Notes under the pieces: model-generated
Told to the model about the DNA's origin: nothing
What the model saw: only the letters and a program-made list of their open reading frames with translations
Database searches by the model: none
Translations under genes and position numbers: made by a program
Shown here: positions 35,701 through 47,560 of the stretch, piece by piece
How the letters are laid out: each line of letters opens with the position of its first letter
Numbering within the stretch: position 1 is the first letter of the stretch
Assembly: GCA_047967505.1 (NCBI GenBank)
Contig: CM106538.1
Length of the DNA stretch: 64,000 nucleotides
Strand: one strand, 5' to 3'
From: Dipteris shenzhenensis
Taxonomy: Eukaryota

Positions 35701-36864
35701 CAGCCAGAGGGATATGCTGTTAAAGGGAAAGAGCAGCTTGTGTGTAAGCTCAAGAGGAGCTTGTATGGACTCAAGCAGGCGCCAAGGGAATGGTACAAGA
35801 AGTTTGATGCCTTCATGCAGTCCCAAGGGTATCATAGGTGTGAGACCGATCACTGCTTGTACACCAAACGGGCAAAGGATGGCAGTTTGATGCTACTCAT
35901 TCTATATGTGGATGACATGCTGATTGCCAGCAAATCTCAGCAGGAGATTATTGCTTTGAAGAAACAACTGCATAAGTCTTTTGACATGATAGACTTGGGT
36001 GATGCAAACCATATTCTTGGTATGCGGATTATTCGTGACAGGTCCAAGGGACTTCTGTTTCTATCACAGAAGGAGTACATTGACAAAGTACTGCAGAGGT
36101 TTAAAATGGAGGGGGGGAAGTCTATTAGTACCCCGCTGCCTCCACATTTAAAACTCAGCAGTAAGGACAGCCCCAGATCAGATGATGATAAGGCTGAAAT
36201 GGCCAAGGTTCCGTATGCATCTGCAGTTGGTTCTTTGATGTATGCCATGGTTGCCACTCGTCCGGATATTGCTTTTGCGGTGGGAGTCATCAGCAGGTAT
36301 ATGGCAAATCCAGGCAAGCGGCACTAGGAAGCAGTGAAAGGTGTCTTGAGGTATCTCAAGGGTACCAAAGACTTGTGCATATGCTATGGTAGGCAGGATG
36401 CATTGGTGCATGGTTTTACAGATTCAGACTATGCAGGGAATGTAGATAACCGGAAGTCTACTACCGGTTATATTTTCACATTTGCAGGAGGTGCTATATC
36501 ATGGGTGTCTCGGTTGCAGAAATGCGTTGCACTGTCAACCATTGAAGCTGAATATGTTGCAGCCACTGAGGCTTGCAAGGAAGCAATATGGCTTACTCGG
36601 CTGGTGGGAGATTTGGGCATTGCAGGAGATATGCCAGTTTTGCATTGTGATAGTCAGAGTGCTATCATGTTGGCAAAGAATCCGGTCTTTCATCAAAAGA
36701 CCAAGCACATAGATGTGAAATACCATTTCATCAGGGAGGTACTGGAAGACAAGCGACTTGAGCTTGTGAAGGTGCATACTGATGATAATCCTGCAGATTT
36801 GCTCACTAAGAGCTTGCCTACAAAGCGGTTTGCACATTGCCGCCACATCATGGGATTAGGATGA
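32765..36864 (+). pseudogene. pol: Copia gag-pol polyprotein with frameshift and several stops
   Basis: LLDSGASFH protease, WHSRLGH/CDHC zinc finger, LRSDNGG, QMDVKTAFLHG, YVDDML, DSDYAG, ADLLTK; fragments 32765-33118, 33085-33384, 33592-35364, 35374-36327, 36334-36864. Confidence 0.95.
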
Positions 36865-37173
36865 GACCATTCTTATTTTATGGTCTTGTATACAGTAACT
36901 GTATATTGCTGTAATTTTTTATTCTTTTCTCCCCTTTAGGCACATTGGCCTTTAGGTGGGAGGTTGTTGGGGTAAAGGCACATTGCCACCCTTTTGTTAA
37001 AGTTATGACACCTATGACTGTCTTAAGACAGTCATAGGGTGAAAGCCTAATCCTAATAAAACCTATGAGTTTGTGGTGTGGCTCAACACTTTTTGACACA
37101 CCCACACATTTTGTGTGTCTCTCTCTCTGTCTCCTTAGTTCCACTCTATCTCCCTTTCTCCCTTTCCCTCACA

Positions 37174-38560
37174 GAAAGTCCACAGGTGAGAGAGAGAAAG
37201 ATCTCTCAATAGGGATGCCGATAACTGGGTCTCCGAAAGTGGAAGGTACAAAATCATCATCTGAGAGGTCAGAGAGGTCCTCAAGAGCGGAAAAGGAGTT
37301 TTGCTAAGCCAGTCCTAGGGAGGGGGTCCGAAGGATTCCTACCGAAGCAGGGAGAGAATGTATGACCCCCTTCCCTCTATCCACGAAAGGAGGCATCTGT
37401 ACTGGGTCCTGATCAAGAACTACTACGGACGAGGTGCCAACAACCTGGGCTACTGAGGGAGGTATAGCCTGATCCTAGGATGGAGTGGAAGAAGGCTCCT
37501 AAACACTAGGCTCGAAGGTGTTAGCCTCCCGAGGCTCCAAGGGGGATGCCTTCGAAGCGGTGGAAGTATGATCTGAAGTAGAGGGCCTAACCCACCATGG
37601 GCCAAAGGTGGTGCGGGGTGCAGGAGGGACTCGAGCAACCCTAGGAGGAGGGGGAGCTTGTGTCTGAGGCGGTGCCTGTGGAGCAGTATGTCCTGCTTCT
37701 GCTCTATGTCGTAAGCTAGTACGAGCTGGTTGCTTTTTGGGCCTCTTTTTCTTCTTTGGGCAATCTCTGGTGAAGTGCCCCGAGGATCTGCAAATCCTGC
37801 AGTGGTCCTGCCGACCTGCAACCTCAAATCTTTGGTGGAAGAATGACCCATCGGGTCGCTGTAGCATGATGTGATCATCTGAAATATTAAGGTTCTGGAC
37901 AATGACCCTAACCCTGGGTACCCCATCCATCCTGACCGCCTCAGCAGCCGAAGAGGGTCACCAGGAAGAGGGGGATCTCTGCTACCACACCAAATCTCTC
38001 GCCAATAAGTGAAAGAAGCCGGTGATAAACTAAGGGGAGACCAGGGAACCTGATTTAAATAAAAATCCTTGCTTGTCCTCTTCAACTGGGTTAAAGTCCA
38101 GTCGAAAAGAGGGAAACAAAAAATTCCTCATGTAGCCTAGAAATAGAAACCCAGCATGTAGCAGGTCTCTCGTGACGTCCGGGGAATCTAGGCACACCTG
38201 AAAGAAACCTCATCCCAACAAACGAACATCCTTAAGGTGGGGGGCGAGCTCCTGGGGAAGCGCGGCAAGCATCCAATCTCGAGCCTATGATCTGGAGGGG
38301 TGTGAACCAAAGATGCGTGCGAAGAGAGTCGTGGAACACTCATGCTCCAAGTCCTTTTGCAACTGCTGCAGCTTACGTCTTTTGAAAATGTGACGGTTCT
38401 CACGGCCGGTGTGTGCGGTAACGGATTGACTCAATGGGTGCCCATTCATCAATTGAGGTGGGGAAGGTTGACTCAAACACAACAAAAAACTCCGTCCGGT
38501 TTCCTGATGCCTAGGAGACCCCCAAAAAACGGGGGTACACTTGAAGGGAGAGGGTGAAGG
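37174..38560 (-). mobile_element. L1-type LINE ORF1 region (5' half of the copy split by Copia A)
   Basis: Zinc knuckle CRICRSSGHFTRDCP; ORF1 remnants; homology to 15890-16000. Confidence 0.8.
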
Positions 38561-39000
38561 AAGGAGAGAGAGAGGAGAGAGAGCAAGTCAAAAGAAGAAG
38601 GGGGTAGGTTGAAGGAGGAGGGAGGTTGAAGAAGGGGGGAGCTGGAAAGGGGGAGAGCCTAGGGCAGCAAGGGAGAGAATGGAAAGGGACAACAGGAGGA
38701 GAGGGGAAGGAGTGAAGAGGAGAGAGGGAGGGGAGGAGAGAAGGAGGGGGGCAGAGGAGGAGAGGGAAGGGGGGGGGGGTTGCAAGCAGCAGCGTGGGGG
38801 GGGACGGGCACAGGAGCAACAGCGGGAGGGGCAGCGCAAGCAGCAGCGCGGGGGGGTAGTGCAACGGCAGCGCGGGGGGGAAGGAGAGGGGAGGAGAGGG
38901 GAAGGGAAGGGCAACAGGTAGGGAGGGAGGGGAGGGAGGAGGCAGCAAGGAGGGGAGTCGAGGGGAGGGTAGCAGGAGGAGTGGGGAGCAGCAGCAGGCA
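38545..39000. repeat. Purine-rich low-complexity tract with G-runs (possibly the L1 5' UTR, pyrimidine-rich on -)
   Basis: GGAG/GAAG-rich sequence and repeated GCAGCGCGGGGGGG units. Confidence 0.7.
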
Positions 39001-41930
39001 CTAGCAATCGCCCTTGTTTGACCCCAATCGCACTCAAAATCTCTGTAGTCCACTCAGATCCTGCGTGTGAACTCTGCTCGAACTCAGATCTTGCCCGAAC
39101 TCTCCTCAAGACTCTCTCATAAAGTGCCATCATTGCCCAGATAATCTCTTGACCATAACCCAAGTCCTATAGGCGCCTGATGAGACGAGCCCTAGGGACT
39201 TTATCAAAGGCTTTGCGGAAATCCACAAAGCAACAGTAAACCTTTTGTATCCTCGCTCTCGCCTCCTCAATGATACGTCTGAGCGTAAGGATTTGGTCCA
39301 TAGTCCCATGATCATGTCGGAAGCCTGCCTGCCCATATGCCCCGAGCCCTTGCGTCTCTGCAAATCGACTAGCCTCAGAATCAAGCACTGATACATAAAT
39401 CTTGGCCATGACATGCCCAATCATGATGGTCCTGTAGTTTCCCGGGTTTATGGGATCTGCTGCCTTATGGATGGGTGAGATAGTGTTGAGGGTCCAAGTG
39501 CGAGGGAAGCCAAGGCAAATGGCTTTATTGAAAAGCCTTGCTAGGATCGGGGCAAGGAGATCAATCCCATGTGCAATGAACTCAGTACACAAACCCTCAT
39601 GATCTTTTGCTCATCCATTGTGAAGCTTCGCTACGGCATCCTTCACACCCCCTGTATTGAAAAGTGTGCAGGTGGTAGGGCGGGGTATGTGTGAAAGGTC
39701 AGGAACAGGTTGATTTGGGATGTCATATAGTGTGTGTGCATAATCATATCCTAATAATCCGTGATAGGTGAAGTAGACCGTCTCTCTAGAAATTTCCGGC
39801 AAAAGTCGAGTTGTTACTAAACAAAGAATTCTGCAGCTCCTCCTTGTTTTAACAGACAAATTCCCGTTTCTTCCTTCGAACCAATCGACGGTACTCGCGC
39901 ACCGTTTTCGGTTCAGAAGGAAGGTCATGTTTGGCTTTGAATCTGAGCTGACGGCCCAAGGCCTTACACTCATCATCGTACCATCTATTACAAGGGACAG
40001 TCCTAGGAGGCGGTGGGCGGGTAGAGCGAGTAGTGTGAGGAAAGGCATGAAGAGCAACGTCATGAAGTGAGCGAGTAATCAGGGTAGCTTGGTCCTCTAG
40101 CAGGGGGAGAAAGTCAAAATAGGTGAGAAGTGTTTTGAGGTGTGCCGAATATGTAGGTGAGAGGCTGCGATCAAAGTGTAGGTCATGATAAGTAGTGCCA
40201 GGCATCTCTAATCGGGGACAAGAAACTGGATAGGGATCCTTTCTAGAAAACAAAAAAACTGGATAGGGACTGAAGACCATCTCTAAAGAGGCAATGATAG
40301 AAGCCTCTGATCTTGTACTACACAAGGTATGTGAAATTGAAATGCTTCTTTGAATTGATCTTTCGAGACTCACACAAAGTGCAGATGCACTCTCTGGGTA
40401 CGCCCTCCGCCAAACCACTCTCAATACGGAGACGGTGTGACGAGACTTGGAACTGCCCTATCACTATCCTCAAGGAGTGAGGGAGGTGGATCCCTATGTA
40501 CATTGGTGGGACGATGAAGCCCTATGCTGAGATCCATAGGTAGTGATTTCTGCGGAAGCGGAGCTTCACACGAAGCTCACGAGGCGGCAGCAAGTCGTGA
40601 ATGTGTGTAATCGTAAGAGATCCTCTCGAATGAACTGATTCACCTCGTGATAGGTGAGCGAGATAGAGGGGGCCTCAACACTGTAATGGAGGGGAAGTAG
40701 CCTAACAATGTGGAGTCCCAAGCTCTCAAACAATCTATATGTACGTGCGAGCACCTCTGGTCACCCTCTATTGCCAGTGCAATGGAGGAGGATAAGGCCA
40801 ACCAAGGAAGCGTATGTCGCCCTGTGGTGTGAGATCCATACTATCTAACGCAGTAGAGGTATGTGATGATCTGAAATGCCGCATTGAGCTATAGTAGTGA
40901 TGCCTCGAACTCAACCAAAACTATTTGATGTGGGATTGAAGGCTTACTGCAAATCATACGGGAGAAAGCATGGAAGCCTCTCAACACGAGCGAATCTGTC
41001 TCTGGTAGGTTTGGACCCCCCATACATACCTGCTAGTCGGGGACCACAAAGTCAAAGAGAAGAGTCTTGGTCTGAGGGTCCTGAAAATGATAATGAAAGC
41101 ACTATCGCTTGAGCTTGGCTAGCGCGGTGTACCCCTTGCTTAATTGAGCCTGTAATGTTGGTCGCATCGTACAGATCGGGCCGGAGAATAGGACCCCTAC
41201 GTATGTATAGGATGCAACAACCTCCATCATCAACCCATCCAAGGTAAAATGCTCTTTGTGCGTGGCTTCCCGAGATGTGTTGCATTACATAACCTTGGTT
41301 TTACCAAGGTTGACCTTCAAGTTATGTGTCTCACAGAAGGCATGGAGTACATCCAAGTGTCATTGGAGACCCTCGGTTGAGGAAGATAGTACGACCATAT
41401 CATCTGTGTAAGGGAGAATTTGGAGCAGAGATGTGTCTAGAGAGCAACCAGCCCTTCAAGGGTCCCAATAAAAGTCTCAAGCTCATCAATGTAGAGGCCA
41501 AACAAGGTTGGTAATAGTGGATAACCTTGTTTGACCCCATCCTATGCCTGCCCAAACCCTACCCGAGACTCTCTCATAGAGTGCCATGACCGCCCAAGTG
41601 ATCTCCGATCATACCCCAACTCCTATAGACGTCTGATTACTATGTCAAAAGCCTTGAGGAAATCCACAAAGCAGCAATAGACCCTCTATCTCCATGCTCG
41701 ATGATGAGAACCCTAAGGGTAAGTATATGATCCATAGTCCCATGATCTACCTGGAAGCCTACGTGTCCCACTGCTTTGAGTTCTCAAGGCTTTGCAACTA
41801 GACTAACCTCTGTGTCAAGCACTGATGCATAGATCTTGGACATGACATGCCCAATCATAATGGTCTTGTAGTTTTTCGGGCCAAGGGATCTCCTACCTTG
41901 TGTATGGGGGTGATGGCGTTAAGGGTCCAA
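39001..41930 (-). mobile_element. Two or more RTE-X-like non-LTR fragments (RT and C-terminal domain)
   Basis: PIHKAADPINPGNYRTIMI, QAGFR, CCFVDFRKAFDKVPR, IGVKQG; second copy with FQVSSHRLRIESG near 40400 and RT remnants at 41500-41930. Confidence 0.85.
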
Positions 41931-42307
41931 GTGTTCAGATGTAGTTTTTCTGGTGAAACATGAGTTTCAGCTAGTTGTTGCCCTTAACGATAACCAAGGC
42001 AGATGGTGAAGGAAATGGAGAGAGTGAGAGCTAGAGAGAGTGAGAGAGTCGAAAGCTTGGAAGCTGTAGTTGCAAAATAGAGTGTAAAAGAGTACAACAC
42101 AAAGTGAGTAGGATAAGGTTTTGTCCTAGTGACAAAACCTTAGTAGTCACTAACCATAGTTAGTGAACTAACTGCAGTTAGGGGGAAAAACCTCTAAATT
42201 GAGGGAAAAGTGCCCCTAACTAACTTATTATATTACATTGGTCACTGCTGAATTATATCTATAATTCCAGCACCCCCCTGCAGTGCCAATGTCATGTACA
42301 AGGCTGA

Positions 42308-45300
42308 TCAATCACCAAACGGATATAAGTTCAGGGCACTGCGAAATGCCTCAAACTTCTCATGTGGTAGCGCTTTGGTGAAAATATCTGCAACGTTGTC
42401 ATGTGTAGACACAAAGATCATACTGATCTCTCCTGCATGTAACTTCTCTCTGACGTAGTGATAGTGAACCTCAATGTGCTTCGTGCGAGCATGAAACACT
42501 GGATTCTTTGCCACTGCAATGGCACTCTGACTATCAGTGAGAATTGGAGAAGGACCCTCCAAAGACAGATGAAGATCAGCAAATAAACGTCTCAGCCAGA
42601 CACATTCAACTGTTGCTGTGAAAGCTGCCCTGTACTCAGCTTCACATGATGAGGTAGCCACTGTAGATTGTTTCTTGCTCAGCCATGAAATGCAAGATTT
42701 TCCCAAAAAGAAACAATTGCCACTAGTGGACTGCCTAGTGTCATAATCACCAGCCCAATCTGAATCACTGTAGGCATGCATCTGCAAGTCACCCCCCCTG
42801 GGAAATAGTAAGCCAAAAGACTTGGTGCCTTGCAAATAACGGAAGATGCGCTTAACTGCCTGCCAATGCATAGTTTTGGGGCTGTGCATGTACTTGCTCA
42901 CCTGAGATACTGCAAACTGAATATCAGGCCTAGTATTGCAGAGATATATGAGGCATCCAACAGCTTGACTGTAAAGTGTGGCATCAACTGATTCTCCTGC
43001 ATCATGCATTGTGAGTTTCAGCCCCGGTTCCATAGGAGTAGATATGGGCTTACACTCTTGCATGTTAAATCTGTCCAAAAGTTTCTGAACATACTTGGAC
43101 TGAGACATAACAGTGCCACGTCTCTCATGAGAGAACTGGATCCCCAAATAAAAGTGAAGCAGCCCCAAATCTGACATATCAAAGTGGGTCTGCAAATCAG
43201 TTTTGAAATCTGCAATTTTGTCCTCATTGGACCCTGTGAGCAGTAAGTCATCAACATAAAGAAGGATGACTAATATTTCCCCCCCATCCATCTTGATGTA
43301 GAGGGTGCTCTCAGTAGGACTATTGTGCAGCCCCTTGCTGGTCAAAAAGGCATGTATCTTGGCATACCATGCACGAGGGGCCTGTTTCAGCCCATATAAA
43401 GCTTTATTAAGCTTGCAGACTTGAAGTGCATTTGCTGTAATTCCAAAACCCGGAGGTGGTTTGACATACACCTCTTCCAGCAAGTCCCCATTTAAGAAGG
43501 CTGTTTTGATGTCCAACTGATGAACATTCCACTCAAAATGTGCAGCCATTGCAATTACTGATCGGATGGTAGTCATCCGGGATGTAGGAGCAAAAGTCTC
43601 CTCATAATCTATGCCCTTTTTCTGAGCATAGCCTTTAGCAACCAGCCTGGCTTTATATCTGTCAATGGAGCCATCTGGCTTCCGTTTGACTTTAAATACC
43701 CATCGTGTGCCAATAGCATGTTTACCCTGTGGCAAGTCCACAACATCCCAAGTCTGATTTTTTTGCAATGGACTGCAACTCATCGTGCATGGCATTCATC
43801 CAATGCACATTACCTTGTGCCTCTTCAAATGTGGCAGGCTCCTCTTCATCAAGGAGAGTACCTGCATATGCTGATTCCATTGAATTAGCACCTTCCATGT
43901 GCCTTGCTGCACTGCGAGTCCTGCCAGGTAACGGAGCATCAAGTTTACTCTCCCGGAGAGTCTGTAACAGCCAGTTTGGGACTGTTTTTGCTGCATGTAT
44001 GTCTGCAATTTCTTGCTGCACCACTTGTTCCACTGCCTGTGGAGGAGGCATGACATCCTGTGGTGGAACTGAAGCATTTGAAGGTTGCTGTAAATTCTGA
44101 TTTGGATCAGAAAAATCAGCAGGGGAACCCAAAGCAATGGGTAGCAACCCTTGAAAGACATCTTCTGAAGGTGAAGGCATTTGAAAATCAGCCTGAGTGT
44201 GAGCTGAATTTTCAGAAAATATCACATCTCTACTTACAATGATTTTGCGTGTAGCAGGATTGTAGAGACGATACCCCTTGCTTTCTGCACTGTATCCAAC
44301 AAATATGCATTTGATGGCTTTATCTGACAATTTGTGCCTAAATTCAACTGGTACATGTGCATAGGCAAGGCATCCAAAGACTCGGAAGTGATCCACTGCA
44401 GGCTTCCTGTCATTCCAAACCTCAAAAGGAGTTTTTGTTTTTAAAGCCTTAGTGGGAGCCCTGTTCAAAATGTAATTGGCACACATCAAACCCTCTAACC
44501 AGAATTTATGAGGCATGTGTTTGCTTTTCAGCATACATCTGTCCATCTCCATGAGGGTTCTATTTTTCCTCTCAGCTTTGCCATTTTGCTGAGGGGTTAG
44601 CCTGACTGTGAGCTGATGCACAATACCCTTTTGTTTGAGGAAAGCATCAAATTCTGCAGATAGGTATTCCCCACCTCTATCCGTGCGTAATGTCTGGATC
44701 TTGAGCCCGGTTTCATTTTCAACCATGGCTGAAAAGTGTTTAAACACTGTGAACACTTCAGATTTCTTTTTCAGACCATAAACCCAAGTAAAATTGGAGT
44801 AGTCATCAATAAATGTGACAAAGTAGAGATGACCACCCAATGACGGAGTCCTCATGGGACCACAGACATCACTGTGTATAAGCTGTAATTTGCGAACAGC
44901 TTTAACTGAACCATCCTTCTTGAAGGGAAATCTATGCATTTTACCTAAAATGCACCCTTCACAGGCATGTGGAGGAGGTATCTCAAGAGGTGGCAATGCA
45001 TCAACCATTGAAAATTTCTGAAGTGTCATTAAGCTCTTGTAATGCATGTGGCCATATCTGGCATGCCATAATTCTGCATTTTGCATGGCAACTGTAGGGG
45101 TAGAAATTGCCAAAGCATGAGCTGCTCTTTTCTGAAAAATATCAAGCTGAAAAAGCCCACGCAGCAGAGTACCAGATAACATTAAGGCATAGTTAGCTTC
45201 CCTGTCCCGGACAGCACATTTGTCATCCTCAAAGATGACCTGAAATCCCCCTCTGTTAAGAGTGGACACTGAAAGGAGATTTTTGGTTATGCCAGGCACA

Positions 45301-46652
45301 TATAAGACATCAGAAAGTCTGAAAATTGAGCCATCAATTGCAGTGAGCTCAACTTCTCCTGTGCCACGTACTGAATATGAGGAGTTGTTGGCACAAGTGA
45401 CTTTCTTACCAACAGGAGGTGGATGCAAGGAAGTAAAGAGACACTTCCTCGAAGTGATGTGCTTGGATGCACCGCTGTCAAAATACCATGTGTTCAGTGT
45501 TTCATCAACACTGAAAGCAGATGCATTTGAAGGAGAGTCAAAACTGCAAGTAAAAAATGCATATGTATCATCACTGCAAGAAGCTGTACTATCCCGAGCA
45601 TCTGGAACAGCCAACCTAGAATCAGAAATGCAAGATAAAAAGGCATAATCTTGACCAACAAAGTTGGCTGCAGCATCCCCACTGTCAGATGCACAAGGGG
45701 CTGAATCTGAAACAGCCATTCCTGAGCTGTTTTTCTTTTCCTTTGCAATCCTTTTCCTGCATTCTGCTATGTGATGACCTGGCTTTTTGCAGTAGTGACA
45801 AAAACCCTTCTTTTTGGGCTTGCTTGCATCACTTTTAGCCTTTTGTGAAGGCTGTCCTAACCCACTGGAAGGCTGATTTGCTGCTGTTTTTGCCTGTCCT
45901 TTTGTTTTTGATTTGAATTTTGAGAGCATGGCTTGTTCACCTGCACGTGAAGCCAAATTTTTCCTGGTCTGCTCTTCCTGAAGCAGAAGTCCTATCAACT
46001 CATGAAAAGAAAGAGGATTTGCACCCCCCCTCAATGATAAATTCAGCGAAGTGTGAAAGCTGAGATAAGACTCAGGAAGAGAGTTCAGAGTGGTTGTAAT
46101 CATCTCTGAATCAGGAATAATTTCATCTATGTTTAACAACTGCTCTCTGAGATCCTGTAGCTTAGTGAGGTGGACTGACATGGAGTCACCCTCCTCCATA
46201 TGTGTATTGCTCAACTCTCTTTTTAAAAAAGATACCCTGGCATCATTCCGTGTTGCATACATGCTTTCCAAAATATCCCACGCTGCCCTGGAGGTCTTAC
46301 ACGACCGGATATGCGGAATGATTGATCTTTTCACTGAAAGAGAGATGCATGACAAGGCTAAGGCATCCCGTGAATCCCATCTCTTTTGCTCAGGAGTATT
46401 GACTGTAGCTGCACCAACAACTTGTCCTGCAGCTGCACCTTGTGCACGACCTCTTCCACCTCCTTGCTGAGGAGGGGTAGCAGGTGCAATATCTGCTGGT
46501 CGGATTTCATCCCCATTGACATAATCCCATAAATTGCGAGAAATCAGAATATTACGTACCATGAAACTCCAGAGGGAGTAGTTGGTACCATCCAATTTGT
46601 CTTCCTGTGAAAGACCACCGAACTGGAACTCATTCTGATTTTGATGGGCCAT
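42308..46652 (-). CDS. pol: Copia gag-pol polyprotein with a single frameshift at 43758-43764
   Basis: Start MAHQNQ...KLDGTNY, CHYCKKPGHHIAEC, WYFDSGAS, WHARYGH, LRTDRGGEY, QLDIKTAFLNG, YVDDLL, SDSDWAGD, ADIFTK; two ORFs overlap at an A7 run. Confidence 0.9.
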
Positions 46653-47159
46653 ATCTGAGAAAGAGATTGAAGCAGATACAAAGCTGAATTCCCTTACTGG
46701 GAATAAAATGCACAACTCCCAAAAAACACACCCAAGCACGGGCTGTATATGCAACTTAGATTTCTGCACTTGAGCTGTCAGAAATCTGTTCAAGCATAAA
46801 ACACTCTCCAAAATCTGCCAAAAGTGTTCCAAACACTCCAAGAAAGGCAGTATGTACTGAATACTCCAAAAAATGCTCTCCCAACACAAAAGCCCCAATT
46901 TGTGGCTAGAAATTGCAGCCAGAAAGGGGTCAAAATGCTAAAAACCCCAAATCTGCAATTTAAAACAAAAGCCCCAAATTTCAGACTATATTTCCAATTT
47001 TTCTCCAGATGTAGCTCCAAAATTGCACAATGATTGCAATGGCTGCAATATGCAAAAATGCCCCAAATGTACTCCAAAACAACTGCACCAAACTGTAGTT
47101 TTCTGCAAGAGAAGCCTGTCAAAGAACACCCGAGGTTGACAACAACCGGTCTATATCTG

Positions 47160-47560
47160 CAAGTACAGATGGTAAGTCCAAACTGTACGGTCAATACTGA
47201 TTGGACGTACTGTACGGAAAGTACGGAACAGGCCGAACAGTACGGGAAGCAAGAGCTGTACGGTCAACTTGTACGGCTTCCTGCGCAGGTACGGCGAGCA
47301 GATACGGGAGCTGCACGACAAACAGGTACGGATATTGTACGGCGCGCAGGTACGGAAGCAGAGCGCTGTACGGCGGCAGATGACGAAACGTACGGAGCTG
47401 GTACGGCGATGTACGGCTGCAGATGGCGAAACGTACAGAGCTGGTACGGCGATGTACGGCGGCAGATGGCGACACTTGCGTCAGGATTCCGTACAGTCGT
47501 ACGGACTGTACGGACAGATTGGAGCGGGCTGGAGCTGGAGGTAAGGCGCTGGTACGAGAA
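47160..47560 (-). promoter_or_regulatory. CCGTAC motif array in the Copia C leader
   Basis: About 23 GTAC in 400 bp, about 18 as GTACGG (CCGTAC on the element sense strand), directly downstream of the PBS; function inferred. Confidence 0.55.

Larger units (their letters stand above)
30891..37173 (+). mobile_element. Ty1/Copia LTR retrotransposon A (degenerate)
   Basis: LTRs 30891-31093 and 36965-37173; TSD GAAAG; PBS 31096-31107; PPT AGGTGGGAGG; order gag-PR-IN-RT-RH. Confidence 0.97.

Noticed and set aside
38511-39163. Pro/Leu-rich or Gly/Arg-rich ORFs (also 62939-63498)
   Set aside because: Products of low-complexity purine tracts and microsatellites
46653-46898. First 82 codons of the 1058 aa ORF
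   Set aside because: Leader sequence; Copia gag similarity begins at the ATG at 46652 (MAHQ...KLDGTNY)
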